A DNA stretch of 64,000 nt from Pirellulales bacterium (GCA_040901675.1 JBBDYJ010000001.1:139618-203617); one strand, 5' to 3'; positions 20,080 through 32,232 are shown, counted from the stretch's first letter. Made by a program: numbers and translations. The notes: a model not told the origin generated them from the sequence alone.

Positions 20080-21643
20080 AGCGCAGGGCCTCCACGGGGT
20101 GTAGACGGGCGGCACGGCGTGCCGGCAGAACGCTGGCCAGGACGGCGATCGCCAGCGCTCCGCACACGATCCAGCCGACGGTGAACGGCTCGATGATCGT
20201 GGGAATCTTGTAGAAGTAGTAGATCGACGGGTCGAACACCTGGTGCCCCGTGATCATGCCCAGCAGGTCGGCGATCTCGTTGATGTAGACCACGAACAAC
20301 AGGCCCAGCACCATCCCCGCCCCCGAGCCGACCATGCCCAGCGAAAGGCCGTAAGCCAGGAAGATGCCCATGATCCCCCGCCCCGAGGCGCCCAGCGACT
20401 TGAGGATGCCGATGTCGCGGGTCTTTTCGACCACGATCATGAAAAAGATGGCCAGGATGCCGAAGCCGGCCACCGCGATGATCAGGAACAACAGCACGTT
20501 CAGGATGGCCGTTTCCATCTGCACGGCGGCCAACAGCGGCCCCTGCTTGTCGCGCCAGGTCGATACGCCGTACAGCTCCGGCGGAAACGCTTGCCGCAGC
20601 TTGTCGCGGACCAGCGGGCCGTCGCGGTCGTCCTTGAGCTTGATCTGGATGCTGGTGGCATAGCCGATCTTGGTCGCCGGATCGATCATGCCCCGCAAGA
20701 CTTGCAGCGTCTTGATCGGCACGAAGACGAAGCTGGCGTCGTACTCGCTCATCTTGCTCTCATAGAAATCGACGACCGTGAAGTCGCGGTCGACGGCCTT
20801 CGGCACCGGCGCGGCGGCCGTCGGGAACGTCAGCTTCACGTCGCTGCCCGGCAGCACCAGGAACCCCTCGTCTCCATCACGGTCGCGGTAGCTCGAAAGG
20901 GCGATGCCCAGCACCAGCCCCGGATGCTGCTGGCTCACGGGATCGAACACGTCTTCCTGGCCATGCCGCGCGGCGAACGGATCGGGCGGGACCTCCTCGT
21001 CCTCGACGGGCAAGTCGGCTGCCGCATTGCCATCGCCCGGCAGATTGAGCTGCGGCGGCGGCACGCGCGAGCTGGAGTGCTTTCGCATCGCCTCGAAGGC
21101 CCGCTGGTGCTCGACCCATTGCCGCCGGTGCTGCCAGCCCGCCTCGGCCATGGCCCGCCGCTCGGCCGCTTCGGGCCCTGCCTGGTGGTCGCGCGTGTCG
21201 TAGCCCCCCTCGCGCAGATCGAAGCTCAGTTGCCGGCGGTTGGCCGGGTGCTGCAGGTACTTGCTGAAGTCGCCCACGCGGCCCTGCGTCTCGGCGTCGA
21301 TGCCGATCAGCGTCACGGCGCGGGTGACGTACTTGCCGCCGTACTCGAAGCTGAGCATGGCCGGCACGTGCACCGTGGGGGTCATGCCCGCGATGTAGTC
21401 GCCGGCCACGCGGCGGATTTCGGACATGTGCCAGTCGGGGTTGGGGAAGCCCTCCATGCTGTGCGATTCGAAGACCAGGTCGGAGAGGATGCCGTGGATG
21501 CGGCTTTGCATCTCGCTGCTGAAGCCCGACATCACGCTGTTGACCACGATCATCGTGGCCACGCCCAGGGTGACGCTCACGATCGACGCCAGCGCGATAT
21601 AACGGGTGCGCAGATAGCGCCAGCAGAGCAGGAACTTGTACAT
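20072..21643 (-). CDS. Lipoprotein-releasing ABC transporter permease (LolC/E, FtsX-like)
   Basis: RYLR...SIVSVTLGVATMIVVNSVMSGF, EKTRDIGILKSLGA, PARRAARLHPVEALRYE. Confidence 0.92.
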   Translation of the reverse strand: MYKFLLCWRYLRTRYIALASIVSVTLGVATMIVVNSVMSGFSSEMQSRIHGILSDLVFESHSMEGFPNPDWHMSEIRRVAGDYIAGMTPTVHVPAMLSFEYGGKYVTRAVTLIGIDAETQGRVGDFSKYLQHPANRRQLSFDLREGGYDTRDHQAGPEAAERRAMAEAGWQHRRQWVEHQRAFEAMRKHSSSRVPPPQLNLPGDGNAAADLPVEDEEVPPDPFAARHGQEDVFDPVSQQHPGLVLGIALSSYRDRDGDEGFLVLPGSDVKLTFPTAAAPVPKAVDRDFTVVDFYESKMSEYDASFVFVPIKTLQVLRGMIDPATKIGYATSIQIKLKDDRDGPLVRDKLRQAFPPELYGVSTWRDKQGPLLAAVQMETAILNVLLFLIIAVAGFGILAIFFMIVVEKTRDIGILKSLGASGRGIMGIFLAYGLSLGMVGSGAGMVLGLLFVVYINEIADLLGMITGHQVFDPSIYYFYKIPTIIEPFTVGWIVCGALAIAVLASVLPARRAARLHPVEALRYE

Positions 21644-21673
21644 GAAACCATCCTTGGTCGAAAAGCTTCCTTA

Positions 21674-21828
21674 TTGGTCATTGGTCATTGGTCATTAAAG
21701 TTCACTGGGGCATGCTTAGCGGTTTGCCCCAGCTACCAGCGCTCTGACTTCTGACTGGGCTGAAAGTCCGCCGCAGGCGGAACCAATGACAAATGACCAA
21801 TGACCAATGACAAATGACCTCTGACTCT
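21674..21828. repeat. Inverted heptamer arrays (TTGGTCA x3; TGAC(A/C)AA x4 then TGACCTC) flanking a REP-like palindrome
   Basis: Arrays at 21674-21694 and 21787-21828; CTGGGGCA (21705-21712) pairs with TGCCCCAG (21725-21732). Confidence 0.9.
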
Positions 21829-23363
21829 TACTCCGGGCGCAACAGGGGGAACAGAATCACATCGCGGATGCTCTGGCTATTGGTCAACAACATCACCAGG
21901 CGGTCGACGCCCACTCCCAGGCCGCCGGCGGGCGGCATGCCGTGCCGCAGGGCCCGCAAAAAGTCGTGATCGAGCCTGGCCATCGAGTCCTCCTCGCGCT
22001 GACCGGCCAACTGGGTGCGGAACAACTGCTCCTGCAGGTCCGGGTCGTTCAGCTCCGTATAGGCGTTGGCGACTTCCATCCCCTGGACGAACAGCTCGAA
22101 CCGCTCGGCCACGGCCGGGTTATCGCGCTTGCGCTTGGTGAGCGGGCAGATGCTGGCCGGGTAATCGATCACAAACAGCGGCCCCAACAGTTGGTCTTCA
22201 ACCCGCTCCTCAAAAACTTCGTTCTTCAGCAGGTCGGGGTGCTTGCCCGCGGTGTCGAAGCCGATCTCGGCCGCCAGGGCACGGATGCCCGCCTCGTCGT
22301 CGGGCGCAACCCCCGTGTGCTCGGCAAACAACTCGTCGTACGTCCGGCGGGCAAACGGCGGGGTGAAGTCGATCACCCGGTCGCCCCACTGCAGCTCGGG
22401 GCTGCGGCCGATCGCCCGGATCGCGCCGACGATCAGCTTCTCCATCAGGTCCATCATCGTGCCGTAGTCGCCATAGGCCTGGTAGACCTCGAGCATCGTG
22501 AACTCGGGATTGTGCCGGGGGCTGAACCCTTCGTTGCGATAGACGCGGCCCAGCTCGTACACGCGCTCCATGCCGCCGACCAGCAGCCGCTTCAAGTGCA
22601 GCTCCAGGGCGATCCGCAGGTACAAGGGGATGTCGAGCGCATTGTGGTGCGTCAAAAAGGGGCGGGCGGCGGCGCCGCCGGCAATCGAGTGCAGCGTGGG
22701 ACCTTCGATCTCCACGAATCGCTCGCGGGCCAGCGTGTCGCGGAACGACTGCACGAGCCGGGCGCGGGCCAGGAACTTGTCCAGCACGCCCTCGGTATAG
22801 ATCAGGTCGAGATAACGCATCCGCTGCCGCAACTCGGGGTCCGCCAGGCCGTGGTGCTTGTCGGGGTGCGGCACGATCGACTTGGTCAGAAAGTGCAGCT
22901 TCTCGACGAAGATCGTCAGCTCGCCGGTGTTGGTCCGCTTCAATTCGCCGTCGGCTCCGACGATGTCGCCCAAATCGAGGCATTCCGCCAGGGCCCAAGC
23001 CTGCTCGCCCACCTGGCCGCGGCCGATAAACAGTTGGACCTGCCCGCTGGCGTCGCGGATATCGGTAAAGATCAACTTGCCCTTCTTGCGCATGAGCACG
23101 ATCCGCCCCGCCGCCCTGACGCGCGGGCCGTGCTGCTGGCCGCGTTGGCGCTGCCCCTCGGCCGCCGCCGGGGCCTCGTCGACCACGATCTCGTTTTCGC
23201 GGGCCCGAATTTCGCCGATCGGTTGCGTGCCGTCGAATCGCTGCCCCCAGGGATCGATTCCCAGTTGCTCTATGCGCCGCAGCTTTTCACGCCGGGCCGC
23301 TTCGTGGACGCCCGCCGATTCCTGCGGTTCGTCGTCCGGAGGTGGGGCGGGGGGTTCCGTCAT
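21828..23363 (-). CDS. lysS: Lysine--tRNA ligase (class II)
   Basis: GGAAARPFLTHHNAL, YLRIALELHLKRL, YRNEG..RHNPEFTMLE, GMPPAGGLGVGVDRL. Start chosen at ATG 23363. Confidence 0.97.
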   Translation of the reverse strand: MTEPPAPPPDDEPQESAGVHEAARREKLRRIEQLGIDPWGQRFDGTQPIGEIRARENEIVVDEAPAAAEGQRQRGQQHGPRVRAAGRIVLMRKKGKLIFTDIRDASGQVQLFIGRGQVGEQAWALAECLDLGDIVGADGELKRTNTGELTIFVEKLHFLTKSIVPHPDKHHGLADPELRQRMRYLDLIYTEGVLDKFLARARLVQSFRDTLARERFVEIEGPTLHSIAGGAAARPFLTHHNALDIPLYLRIALELHLKRLLVGGMERVYELGRVYRNEGFSPRHNPEFTMLEVYQAYGDYGTMMDLMEKLIVGAIRAIGRSPELQWGDRVIDFTPPFARRTYDELFAEHTGVAPDDEAGIRALAAEIGFDTAGKHPDLLKNEVFEERVEDQLLGPLFVIDYPASICPLTKRKRDNPAVAERFELFVQGMEVANAYTELNDPDLQEQLFRTQLAGQREEDSMARLDHDFLRALRHGMPPAGGLGVGVDRLVMLLTNSQSIRDVILFPLLRPE

Positions 23364-23582
23364 GGGCTGACTGGTCTGCGGCTGTCCTGGTGGGGCGCCT
23401 GCGCCGTCGCCGCCGCGGGGCGGCCGCGAACCTGGCTGGCGGACTGGACCAGACAAGGCTGGTTCGGCTGGCATGCGATCCTCAATAACTTCAACGGTCG
23501 CAACATTTTAGTTAGATCGCCAACCCGGTCAATGTCAGCCCGTTCCGCCCCAACTCCGTGCCCTCGCTCGTCATATTCGTTC

Positions 23583-23633
23583 GTGGGACGGGCTTCCTAG
23601 CCCGTCTTAAACGGCCTGGGAAGGCCGTCCTAC
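23583..23633. repeat. REP doublet (GTGG/GTAG-footed inverted pair)
   Basis: GTGG-GACGGGCTTCCTAGCCCGTC followed by ACGGCCTGGGAAGGCCGT-CCTAC; each half is a hairpin. Confidence 0.75.
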
Positions 23634-23666
23634 ATACTCATCCATCCACACCGTTGATGTAGGGCA

Positions 23667-24938
23667 CTACTTTGCCTCCCCGCTTGGCCGACGTTCCCGG
23701 TGGGCGGCCAGACGCTCCGCCACCCCCGGGATGATGCGGGCGGCATTCTGATGATAGACCTTTGCCAGCACCTCGTCCGGGAGCCCGATCCCGTAGATGT
23801 TCCAAAACCCCTGCGGCGGAAAGGGGTTCTCCGCGTAGGGAAAATACTCGTCGTGCGTCTCCAGGAAACGCCAGTAGGGCAACAGCCTGGCCGCCGGACG
23901 CGGGCCGTCGGTGCCGAACATGATCCGGTCGGCGTACTCGACAAAGAAGCGGCGGGCGGTGTACGGCTGGCGGCCCAGCTCTGAAATCCGCGAGGCGAAT
24001 TCGACGACCAGGTTCGGGTACTCGTCGAGCCAGGCCGCCAGCGTCTGAAGGTCTTCGGCGTCGTTGGCCATGTGGGCCCCGATGAACGTGGTGCCCGGGT
24101 GCCGGCCGATCACGCGGTTGCGGGCCGCGTGCAAGTGTTCTCGCCTGGGCCACTGGTCGCCGAAGAAGCTCCACTCGGGGTGGCGGTTCAGCTCCTCCCA
24201 GCGCTCGTTGTGCTGGTCGATCGGCAGGAAGAAGGCGGCGGGGTCGGCCGTGTGCATGATCACGGGCAGGCCGAGTTTTCCACAGGCCGACCAGATTTCC
24301 TCCCAGCGCGGGTCGTCGATCTCGACGAACGAGCCATCGGGGTTGCGGATCCCCAGGCCGAACTCCTTGAACAGCTTGAGGCCGCTGGCCCCCTCCTCTT
24401 TCGCCCGGGCCAGGCTGGCCGCGACACGGCGGGCGAAGTCGGGGCGATGGCAGTCCCAGGTTGCCGGATCGTCGGGGCGGCCGTCGCCGCGCCAATCGAC
24501 GTTCGCAAAAATGACGAACCTCTGGCGGTGCTTTGTCCACAGGTAGCGGGCGTGCTCGGCAAAGGGCTCGCCCAGCCCGCCGTCGAGGCTGACGCAGACG
24601 GCGATGTTCTGCTGGTCCATCAGCCGCACAAAGGCATCCAGGTCCTGCTGCGAGTGGCGGAAGCGAATCCGCGGGTGCGTGTGGACGTCGACCACCGGGA
24701 ACCTGGCTCGCGGCGGCTGGTGCGAGGGCACCTTCAGCATCGGGACCGGGCGGAATTGGTCCAGCGGCAGCGGCGGCCTGGCTCGCTCGGGCGCGGCGGG
24801 GCGCGGGACTGCCGGCTCATGCTGCTCGCCCTTCGAGCCGGTTTGCTCTCCGCGCGTCGCCTCTTGAGCAGCCACTAGCGGCGGCGGCCCTGCCGCGACA
24901 ATCGCCAGCAGTATCGCGTGGCGAAGCGATGCACGCAT
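23667..24938 (-). CDS. Secreted amidohydrolase (amidohydrolase_2-like)
   Basis: Signal peptide; VDVHTH, GLKLFK, PVIMHTADP, IGAH, IMFGTD metal-binding motifs. Confidence 0.88.
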   Translation of the reverse strand: MRASLRHAILLAIVAAGPPPLVAAQEATRGEQTGSKGEQHEPAVPRPAAPERARPPLPLDQFRPVPMLKVPSHQPPRARFPVVDVHTHPRIRFRHSQQDLDAFVRLMDQQNIAVCVSLDGGLGEPFAEHARYLWTKHRQRFVIFANVDWRGDGRPDDPATWDCHRPDFARRVAASLARAKEEGASGLKLFKEFGLGIRNPDGSFVEIDDPRWEEIWSACGKLGLPVIMHTADPAAFFLPIDQHNERWEELNRHPEWSFFGDQWPRREHLHAARNRVIGRHPGTTFIGAHMANDAEDLQTLAAWLDEYPNLVVEFASRISELGRQPYTARRFFVEYADRIMFGTDGPRPAARLLPYWRFLETHDEYFPYAENPFPPQGFWNIYGIGLPDEVLAKVYHQNAARIIPGVAERLAAHRERRPSGEAK

Positions 24939-24941
24939 GGC

Positions 24942-25226
24942 TCAAATCCCCATGCGGGACAGGGCATCGATCACGCTCCCCACGGCGCCCGACAGGGTCG
25001 GATGCGTCTCCTCGAAATGTCTGGCAGTCTCGCCCAGGCGGCTGACGAGCGACTCATGCGTCGATCGGCGTTCGTCTGCCTCGGCCTTCTCGTCCAGCAC
25101 CCGGTCGATGTCGCGCATGAGGCGCGTCAGCAGCTCGCGGATCTCGGGGTCGACGCTGCCGGCCGCTTCCAACTGCCGGTGCAGCTCGGACAAGGTGCGC
25201 TGGAGATCGGGGGCGTCGTCTGGCAT
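24942..25226 (-). CDS. DUF4404-like small helical protein
   Basis: L..LH.QL...FEETHPTL......IDALSRMGI C-terminal signature. Confidence 0.8.
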   Translation of the reverse strand: MPDDAPDLQRTLSELHRQLEAAGSVDPEIRELLTRLMRDIDRVLDEKAEADERRSTHESLVSRLGETARHFEETHPTLSGAVGSVIDALSRMGI

Positions 25227-25330
25227 CGTGGCTCCGCGGAATTGAGGGTGCTCTAACAGGCCAAAACTCAAGATAAGCAGGCCGCCGCAAGCGAACAAGG
25301 GCCTGCACCGCCCGCTTCATACTGCCCGCT

Positions 25331-27532
<2,202 letters not shown>

Positions 27533-27536
<4 letters not shown>

Positions 27537-27919
27537 GCGCCGCCGGGCTGCTTCAGGGCTTCGCTGAACCGCAGCCGGTTACCGAAAGGATCGATCACCT
27601 CCATGCACTTGGCGTCCCAGGGGGCAATTTCGATGCCGGGGTGCATGTACGGGTAGCCCTTCGACGTGATCTCTTTGTGGTACTCTTCCAGCCCCGTCGA
27701 GCGGACGAAGACCGTGCTGCCCGGGCAACAATCGCCATGGTGTTCCGTCAGGTGAAGCACGAGATTCCCCCGGGAGACCTGCATGTAGACCGGCGCGTTT
27801 TCTTCAAAGCGATGCTCCCAATCGACCGCGAAGCCGAGAAAGCCGACATAAAACTCCTTGGCCTTCTGGACGCAGAAAATCCGCAGGATCGGGATCGCCT
27901 GAAAACCGTGCTCGCTCAT
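27533..27919 (-). CDS. Glyoxalase/bleomycin-resistance (VOC) family protein
   Basis: IPILRIF..KAKEFY..FLGF..DWEH, HLTEHHGD, DPFGNRLRF; GGAGG RBS. Confidence 0.9.
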
Positions 27920-27980
27920 GATGGCCTCCTTTCGATAAGATAACTGCTCGACCTGGCAAGCAGAAGGGAAGGCGAAGGAA

Positions 27981-30098
27981 ATGGGAACGACGTGGCTCCC
28001 GCGGCCGCCTTATCCGGCGATTACCTTGATCCTCGCCTTCCTCTGCGTGAGCGGCCCCGCCTGGGGACAGCAGTTTGAATGGCAAGAGGCGACGCCGGAA
28101 AGCCAGGGCATCTCCTCCGAGAAGCTGGATCTGCTCAAGGACAGCCTGGCATCCCGAAACACCAAGGCCCTTCTGGTGATCCGCAACGACCAGATCGTTT
28201 ACGAGTGGTACGCCGAGGGCCACGGCGCGGAGAAGACGCATTACACCGCGTCGATGGCTAAGGCCGTCGTCGGCGGACTCTCGCTCGGCGTCGCCATGAC
28301 CGACGGCCGGATCGCGCTCGATGACAAGGCGGCCAAGTACATTCCCCAGTGGCAGCGTGACGCGCGCAAGTCGAAGATCGCCGTTCGCCAGCTCGGCTCA
28401 CACACGTCGGGGCTGGACGACGCCGAGGCGGACGGCTTGCCGCACGACAAGCTGACCGGCTGGAAAGGCGACTTCTGGAAACGGCTCGATGCGCCGAACG
28501 ATCCCTTTACCATCTCGCGCGACAAGACGCCGACGCTCTTCGACGCCGGCGAGAAGTTCCAGTACAGCAACCCCGGCATCGCCATGCTGACCTACGCGGT
28601 CACCGCCGCGCTCGCCGACGCGCCGCAAAAGGACATCCGCACGCTTCTGCGGGATCGCGTGATGCGGCCTATCGGCGTGCCGGACAAGGAATGGTCGGTG
28701 GGCTACGGCAAGACGTACACGGTAGACGGCTTGCCGCTGGTCGGTTCCTGGGGCGGAGGCGGCTACACGGCCCGGGCGGTGGCTCGCGTCGGCCGGCTCA
28801 TGCTGCGCGAGGGCGACTGGGACGGCACACGACTCCTCAGCACGCAGGCCGTCCGCCAAATCACCACTGACGCCGGGATGCCCGGCCACTGCGGCATGGG
28901 CTGGTGGTGCGGCGACGACGCCAAGTACCCCAAGCTGCCTCAAGATGCGTTCTGGGGCTGGGGAGCCGGCGATCAGGTGGTGCTCGTCGTCCCCAGCCTG
29001 AACCTCATCGCCGTGCGCAACGGAGGCCTGCTCAGCGCCGAGGAAGAAAACGCCGCCGCGCTGAACGCCCATCTGTTCGAGCCACTGCTGGAAACCATCA
29101 CCGCCGGGGCCTCCACGACGCAGGGCATCGCTCCGTATCCACCCAGCAGGGTCATCGCCCGCATCGATTGGGAAGACAACGCCACGATCGTCCGACAAGC
29201 CAAAGGCAGCGATAACTGGCCGCTCACCTGGGCGGACGATGACCACCTCTACATGGCCTACGGCGACGGGAACGGTTTCGAGCCCCACATCAGGGAGAAG
29301 CTGAGCCTGGGCTTCGCTCGAGTCGAGGGGGGACCCACCAGGTTCACCGGGACCAACATCCGCTCGGCCACGCTGGAGCAAAAAGGGGACGGCAAGTCCG
29401 GCAAGAAAGCCAGCGGCCTCGTCATGGTGGACGGCGTTCTGTACCTCTGGGCCCGCAACGCCGGCAACGCCCAACTGGCGTGGTCGGACGACCGCGGCAA
29501 TACCTGGACCTGGAGCGACTGGAAGTTCACGACCGGCTTCGGCTGCCCGACGTTCCTCAACTTCGGCAAGAATTACGCCGGCGCCCGGGACGCCTTCGTC
29601 TACATCTACTCCCACGACCACGACAGCGCCTACGAGCCCGCCGACCGGATGGTGCTGGCCCGCGTGCCGAAAGGTCAGCTCAAGGAGCGCGACGCTTACG
29701 AGTTTTTGAAGGTCCTCGATGGGCAGGGCGAGCCGATCTGGACCAAGGATATCGCCGAGCGCGGGGCCGTGTTCACGCACCCTCGGCGGTGCTACCGCTC
29801 CGGCATCAGCTACAACGCGAGCCTGCAGCGATACCTGTGGGCGCAGATCATCCCCGACCTGCACGGCCAAAAGGCAGACACGCGATTCGAAGGCGGGTTC
29901 GGCATCTACGACGCGCCCGAGCCTTGGGGGCCTTGGACCACGGTGTTCTACAGCGAAGCTTGGGACGTCGGCCCCGGAGAGACGGGCAGCTTTCCGACCA
30001 AGTGGATGAGCCCCGACGGCAAGACCCTCTATCTCGTGTTCTCCGGCGACGATGCCTTCTCAGTGCGCAAAGCAGTGCTCGCGCCGTCCGGGAAGTGA
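27981..30098 (+). CDS. Secreted serine hydrolase (beta-lactamase/PBP fold) fused to a DUF4185-like propeller domain
   Basis: Signal peptide; SxxK (ASMAK), HTSGL, YSN; second domain GSDNWPLTWADD..YGDG...APEPWGPW. Confidence 0.85.
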   Translation: MGTTWLPRPPYPAITLILAFLCVSGPAWGQQFEWQEATPESQGISSEKLDLLKDSLASRNTKALLVIRNDQIVYEWYAEGHGAEKTHYTASMAKAVVGGLSLGVAMTDGRIALDDKAAKYIPQWQRDARKSKIAVRQLGSHTSGLDDAEADGLPHDKLTGWKGDFWKRLDAPNDPFTISRDKTPTLFDAGEKFQYSNPGIAMLTYAVTAALADAPQKDIRTLLRDRVMRPIGVPDKEWSVGYGKTYTVDGLPLVGSWGGGGYTARAVARVGRLMLREGDWDGTRLLSTQAVRQITTDAGMPGHCGMGWWCGDDAKYPKLPQDAFWGWGAGDQVVLVVPSLNLIAVRNGGLLSAEEENAAALNAHLFEPLLETITAGASTTQGIAPYPPSRVIARIDWEDNATIVRQAKGSDNWPLTWADDDHLYMAYGDGNGFEPHIREKLSLGFARVEGGPTRFTGTNIRSATLEQKGDGKSGKKASGLVMVDGVLYLWARNAGNAQLAWSDDRGNTWTWSDWKFTTGFGCPTFLNFGKNYAGARDAFVYIYSHDHDSAYEPADRMVLARVPKGQLKERDAYEFLKVLDGQGEPIWTKDIAERGAVFTHPRRCYRSGISYNASLQRYLWAQIIPDLHGQKADTRFEGGFGIYDAPEPWGPWTTVFYSEAWDVGPGETGSFPTKWMSPDGKTLYLVFSGDDAFSVRKAVLAPSGK

Positions 30099-30119
30099 GG
30101 GAAGTGAGGGAAGGGAGGG
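30090..30119. repeat. Nonamer tandem repeat GGGAAG(T/G)GA x3 spanning the stop codon
   Basis: Direct reading. Confidence 0.85.
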
Positions 30120-30216
30120 TTTCGCCTTTGACAACGGCAAATACTACAATGCACCTCGGCGCCGAGAACGATGGCATGCTGCATGTCATGTCGACTCAGA
30201 CCTCGGGAGACCGACC

Positions 30217-31650
30217 ATGAAAACGCGGCTGTCACTCTTGCTCTTTGTCACTTGGGCGGTCCTGGCGGCGCCGGCTCGGGCGGAGAACTACGCTCCCCGT
30301 ATCGCCGAGCGCCATGGGGATTTCACGCTGCCGGCGATCAGCGACGGCAAGCCCGTCTCGCTCACGCAGTTTCACGGGAAGAAGGTGCTGCTGATCCAGT
30401 TTGCAAGCTGGTGAGCCGGCTGCCGGCAGCATGTGCCGGTCTGGCACAACGCGACCCGGAAGTGGGTTGAAGACGGACGGCTCGTCGTGCTCGGCATTGT
30501 GCAGGAGCAGCATCCCGACCGCTGCCAACTATTCGCCCAGTGGCACAAGCTCGACTGGCCCATCCTGTGGGATCCCATCAATGTCCTGGAGTCGGCCGCC
30601 GTCCCGATCGTCGTGGCGATCGACGAGCACGGGATTGTCCGTGCCGTCAGTCCACGGCCGGAGAGCTTCGAGCGGGATTTCTTGAATCGGCAATTCGACG
30701 ACGATCCGCCGAACCGTGCGGCGGGCGCGAAACGGCCCGGCAGAAAAACAATCGGCGCGTCGCGCCTCGACGTGATCGAACTGCGTCGGCAGGCGGACGT
30801 CGAAGCATCGGCCGCGTCCTGGCGGCGACTGGGCGACGCGCTCATTCTTTGGCACGGCGCTGGCCGGGTCGATGACGCGATTGATGCTTACCGGCGTGCC
30901 CTGCTCGTTGACCCGCGCGATGGCAACACGTTGTTCCGGCTCGGCGTCAGCCACCGCGTGCGTTCGGAATCCGACCAAAGCCACGCCGCCGACTTCCAGG
31001 CCGCGATCGAATTCTGGGAGCAGGCGCTGGCCACCAATCCGAACCAGTACATCTGGCGGCGCCGCATCCAGCAGTTTGGTCCGCGGCTGGAAAAACCGTA
31101 CCCGTTCTACGATTGGGTGGACGAGGCCCGCCGAGCGATCGTCGAGCGCGGCGAGACGCCGATCGAGCTGGCGGTTCCGCCGGTCGGCGCGGAACTCGCG
31201 CAGCCAGCCCGCTCGTTCGCAGCCGCGACCGACCAAGCCGGGTCGCCCGACCCCGACGGCAAGATCATCCGTGACCGAGACGGCTTGATCGAGGCTGAAG
31301 TGACGCTGGTCCCGTCGCAACTTCGGCCGGGCGGCACGGCGCGCGTCCACGTGGCGTTCCGCCCCAACGCCGCCCTTCAGGCGCATTGGAACAATGAGAG
31401 CGAGCCCTTGCGGCTGTGGGTCGACGTGCCGCCCGGCTGGCAAGTTTCCGAGCGGCTGCTCTCGACCTCACCGGTTGATCGGCCGGTCAGCGATGAAGTC
31501 CGTCGCCTCGACTTCGAGTTGCAAGTTCCCGCCGATGCCGGCGAGGGGGACGCGGTCTCCGCTTACGCCCTCTACTACGTCTGCGAGGGCTCCAATGGCA
31601 CTTGCCAGTTCCTGCGGAAAGACTTCACCGTCAAGGTCTCCGGCAATTGA
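30217..31650 (+). CDS. Exported selenoprotein: TlpA/redoxin-like domain (U66-x-x-C69) + TPR + DsbD-N-like domain, 477 aa by TGA readthrough
   Basis: ORFs 30052..30414 and 30433..31650 share one frame, separated only by TGA 30412-30414 in VLLIQFASW*AGCRQH. Signal peptide and GGAGA RBS precede; a SECIS-like hairpin follows. Confidence 0.85.
30415..30459 (+). promoter_or_regulatory. Bacterial SECIS-like stem-loop
   Basis: TGTGCC (30432-30437)-GGTCT loop-GGCACA (30443-30448); lower pairings GC/GC and CCGG (30423-30426)/CCGG (30456-30459). Confidence 0.75.
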
Positions 31651-31696
31651 ATGAACCAATGGCGAATAAAACGGGTGGGGCCGCAATGGCAGTGAG

Positions 31697-31769
<73 letters not shown>

Positions 31770-32174
31770 GAAGTACCGATATCTTAACAGGTTTAGCCCT
31801 TCCCTCCAGATACCCGACAGGGGCCCCACGGCGGCGTTCGAGCGCCATTGTCCGCACGTTAAACGGCCATGGCGCCGATCTGCTCAGCTTGAAAGCTGTA
31901 ATCGGCGGAGGGATAGGGACAAAACGGCCTTGGGCCGGCCAGCCGCCGATTGGCCCTTCGCCGGGCTGGATCCGCTCCGATCACCTCGAGCGTGAGCGGT
32001 GCCGGCCGCGGGTACGCCATCCGTCGTAGCTCGTCCGGTCGATGCGGCAGCCATCACGGAACTTTTCAGCCGAGGGCGGTGTTCAATGCTTGCCTCTCGA
32101 AGCTCCAGCGAGGAAGCTCGCAACCGCTGGCGGCTCTGGGCGGCACGCACCGGAATCAGAGAAACTGCACCGTA

Positions 32175-32207
32175 AGTTATGCACGCACCAATGCTTAATG
32201 CATAACT
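32175..32207. promoter_or_regulatory. Candidate operator: perfect 9-bp inverted repeat AGTTATGCA-N15-TGCATAACT
   Basis: AT-rich palindrome ending 25 nt before the ATG of an RHH-like gene. Confidence 0.55.
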
Positions 32208-32232
32208 GACCTCGCCTGCCCAGTTGGTGCAA

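Noticed and set aside
30412..30414. Genome-wide UGA reassignment to Trp or Gly
   Set aside because: Many conserved genes here end normally at TGA (thiolase, msrP, mqnC).
32160..32190. dif-like XerCD site (reverse strand reads GGTGCGTGCATAA)
   Set aside because: No XerD arm (TTATGTTAAAT-like) at 6-bp spacing; better explained as an operator palindrome.
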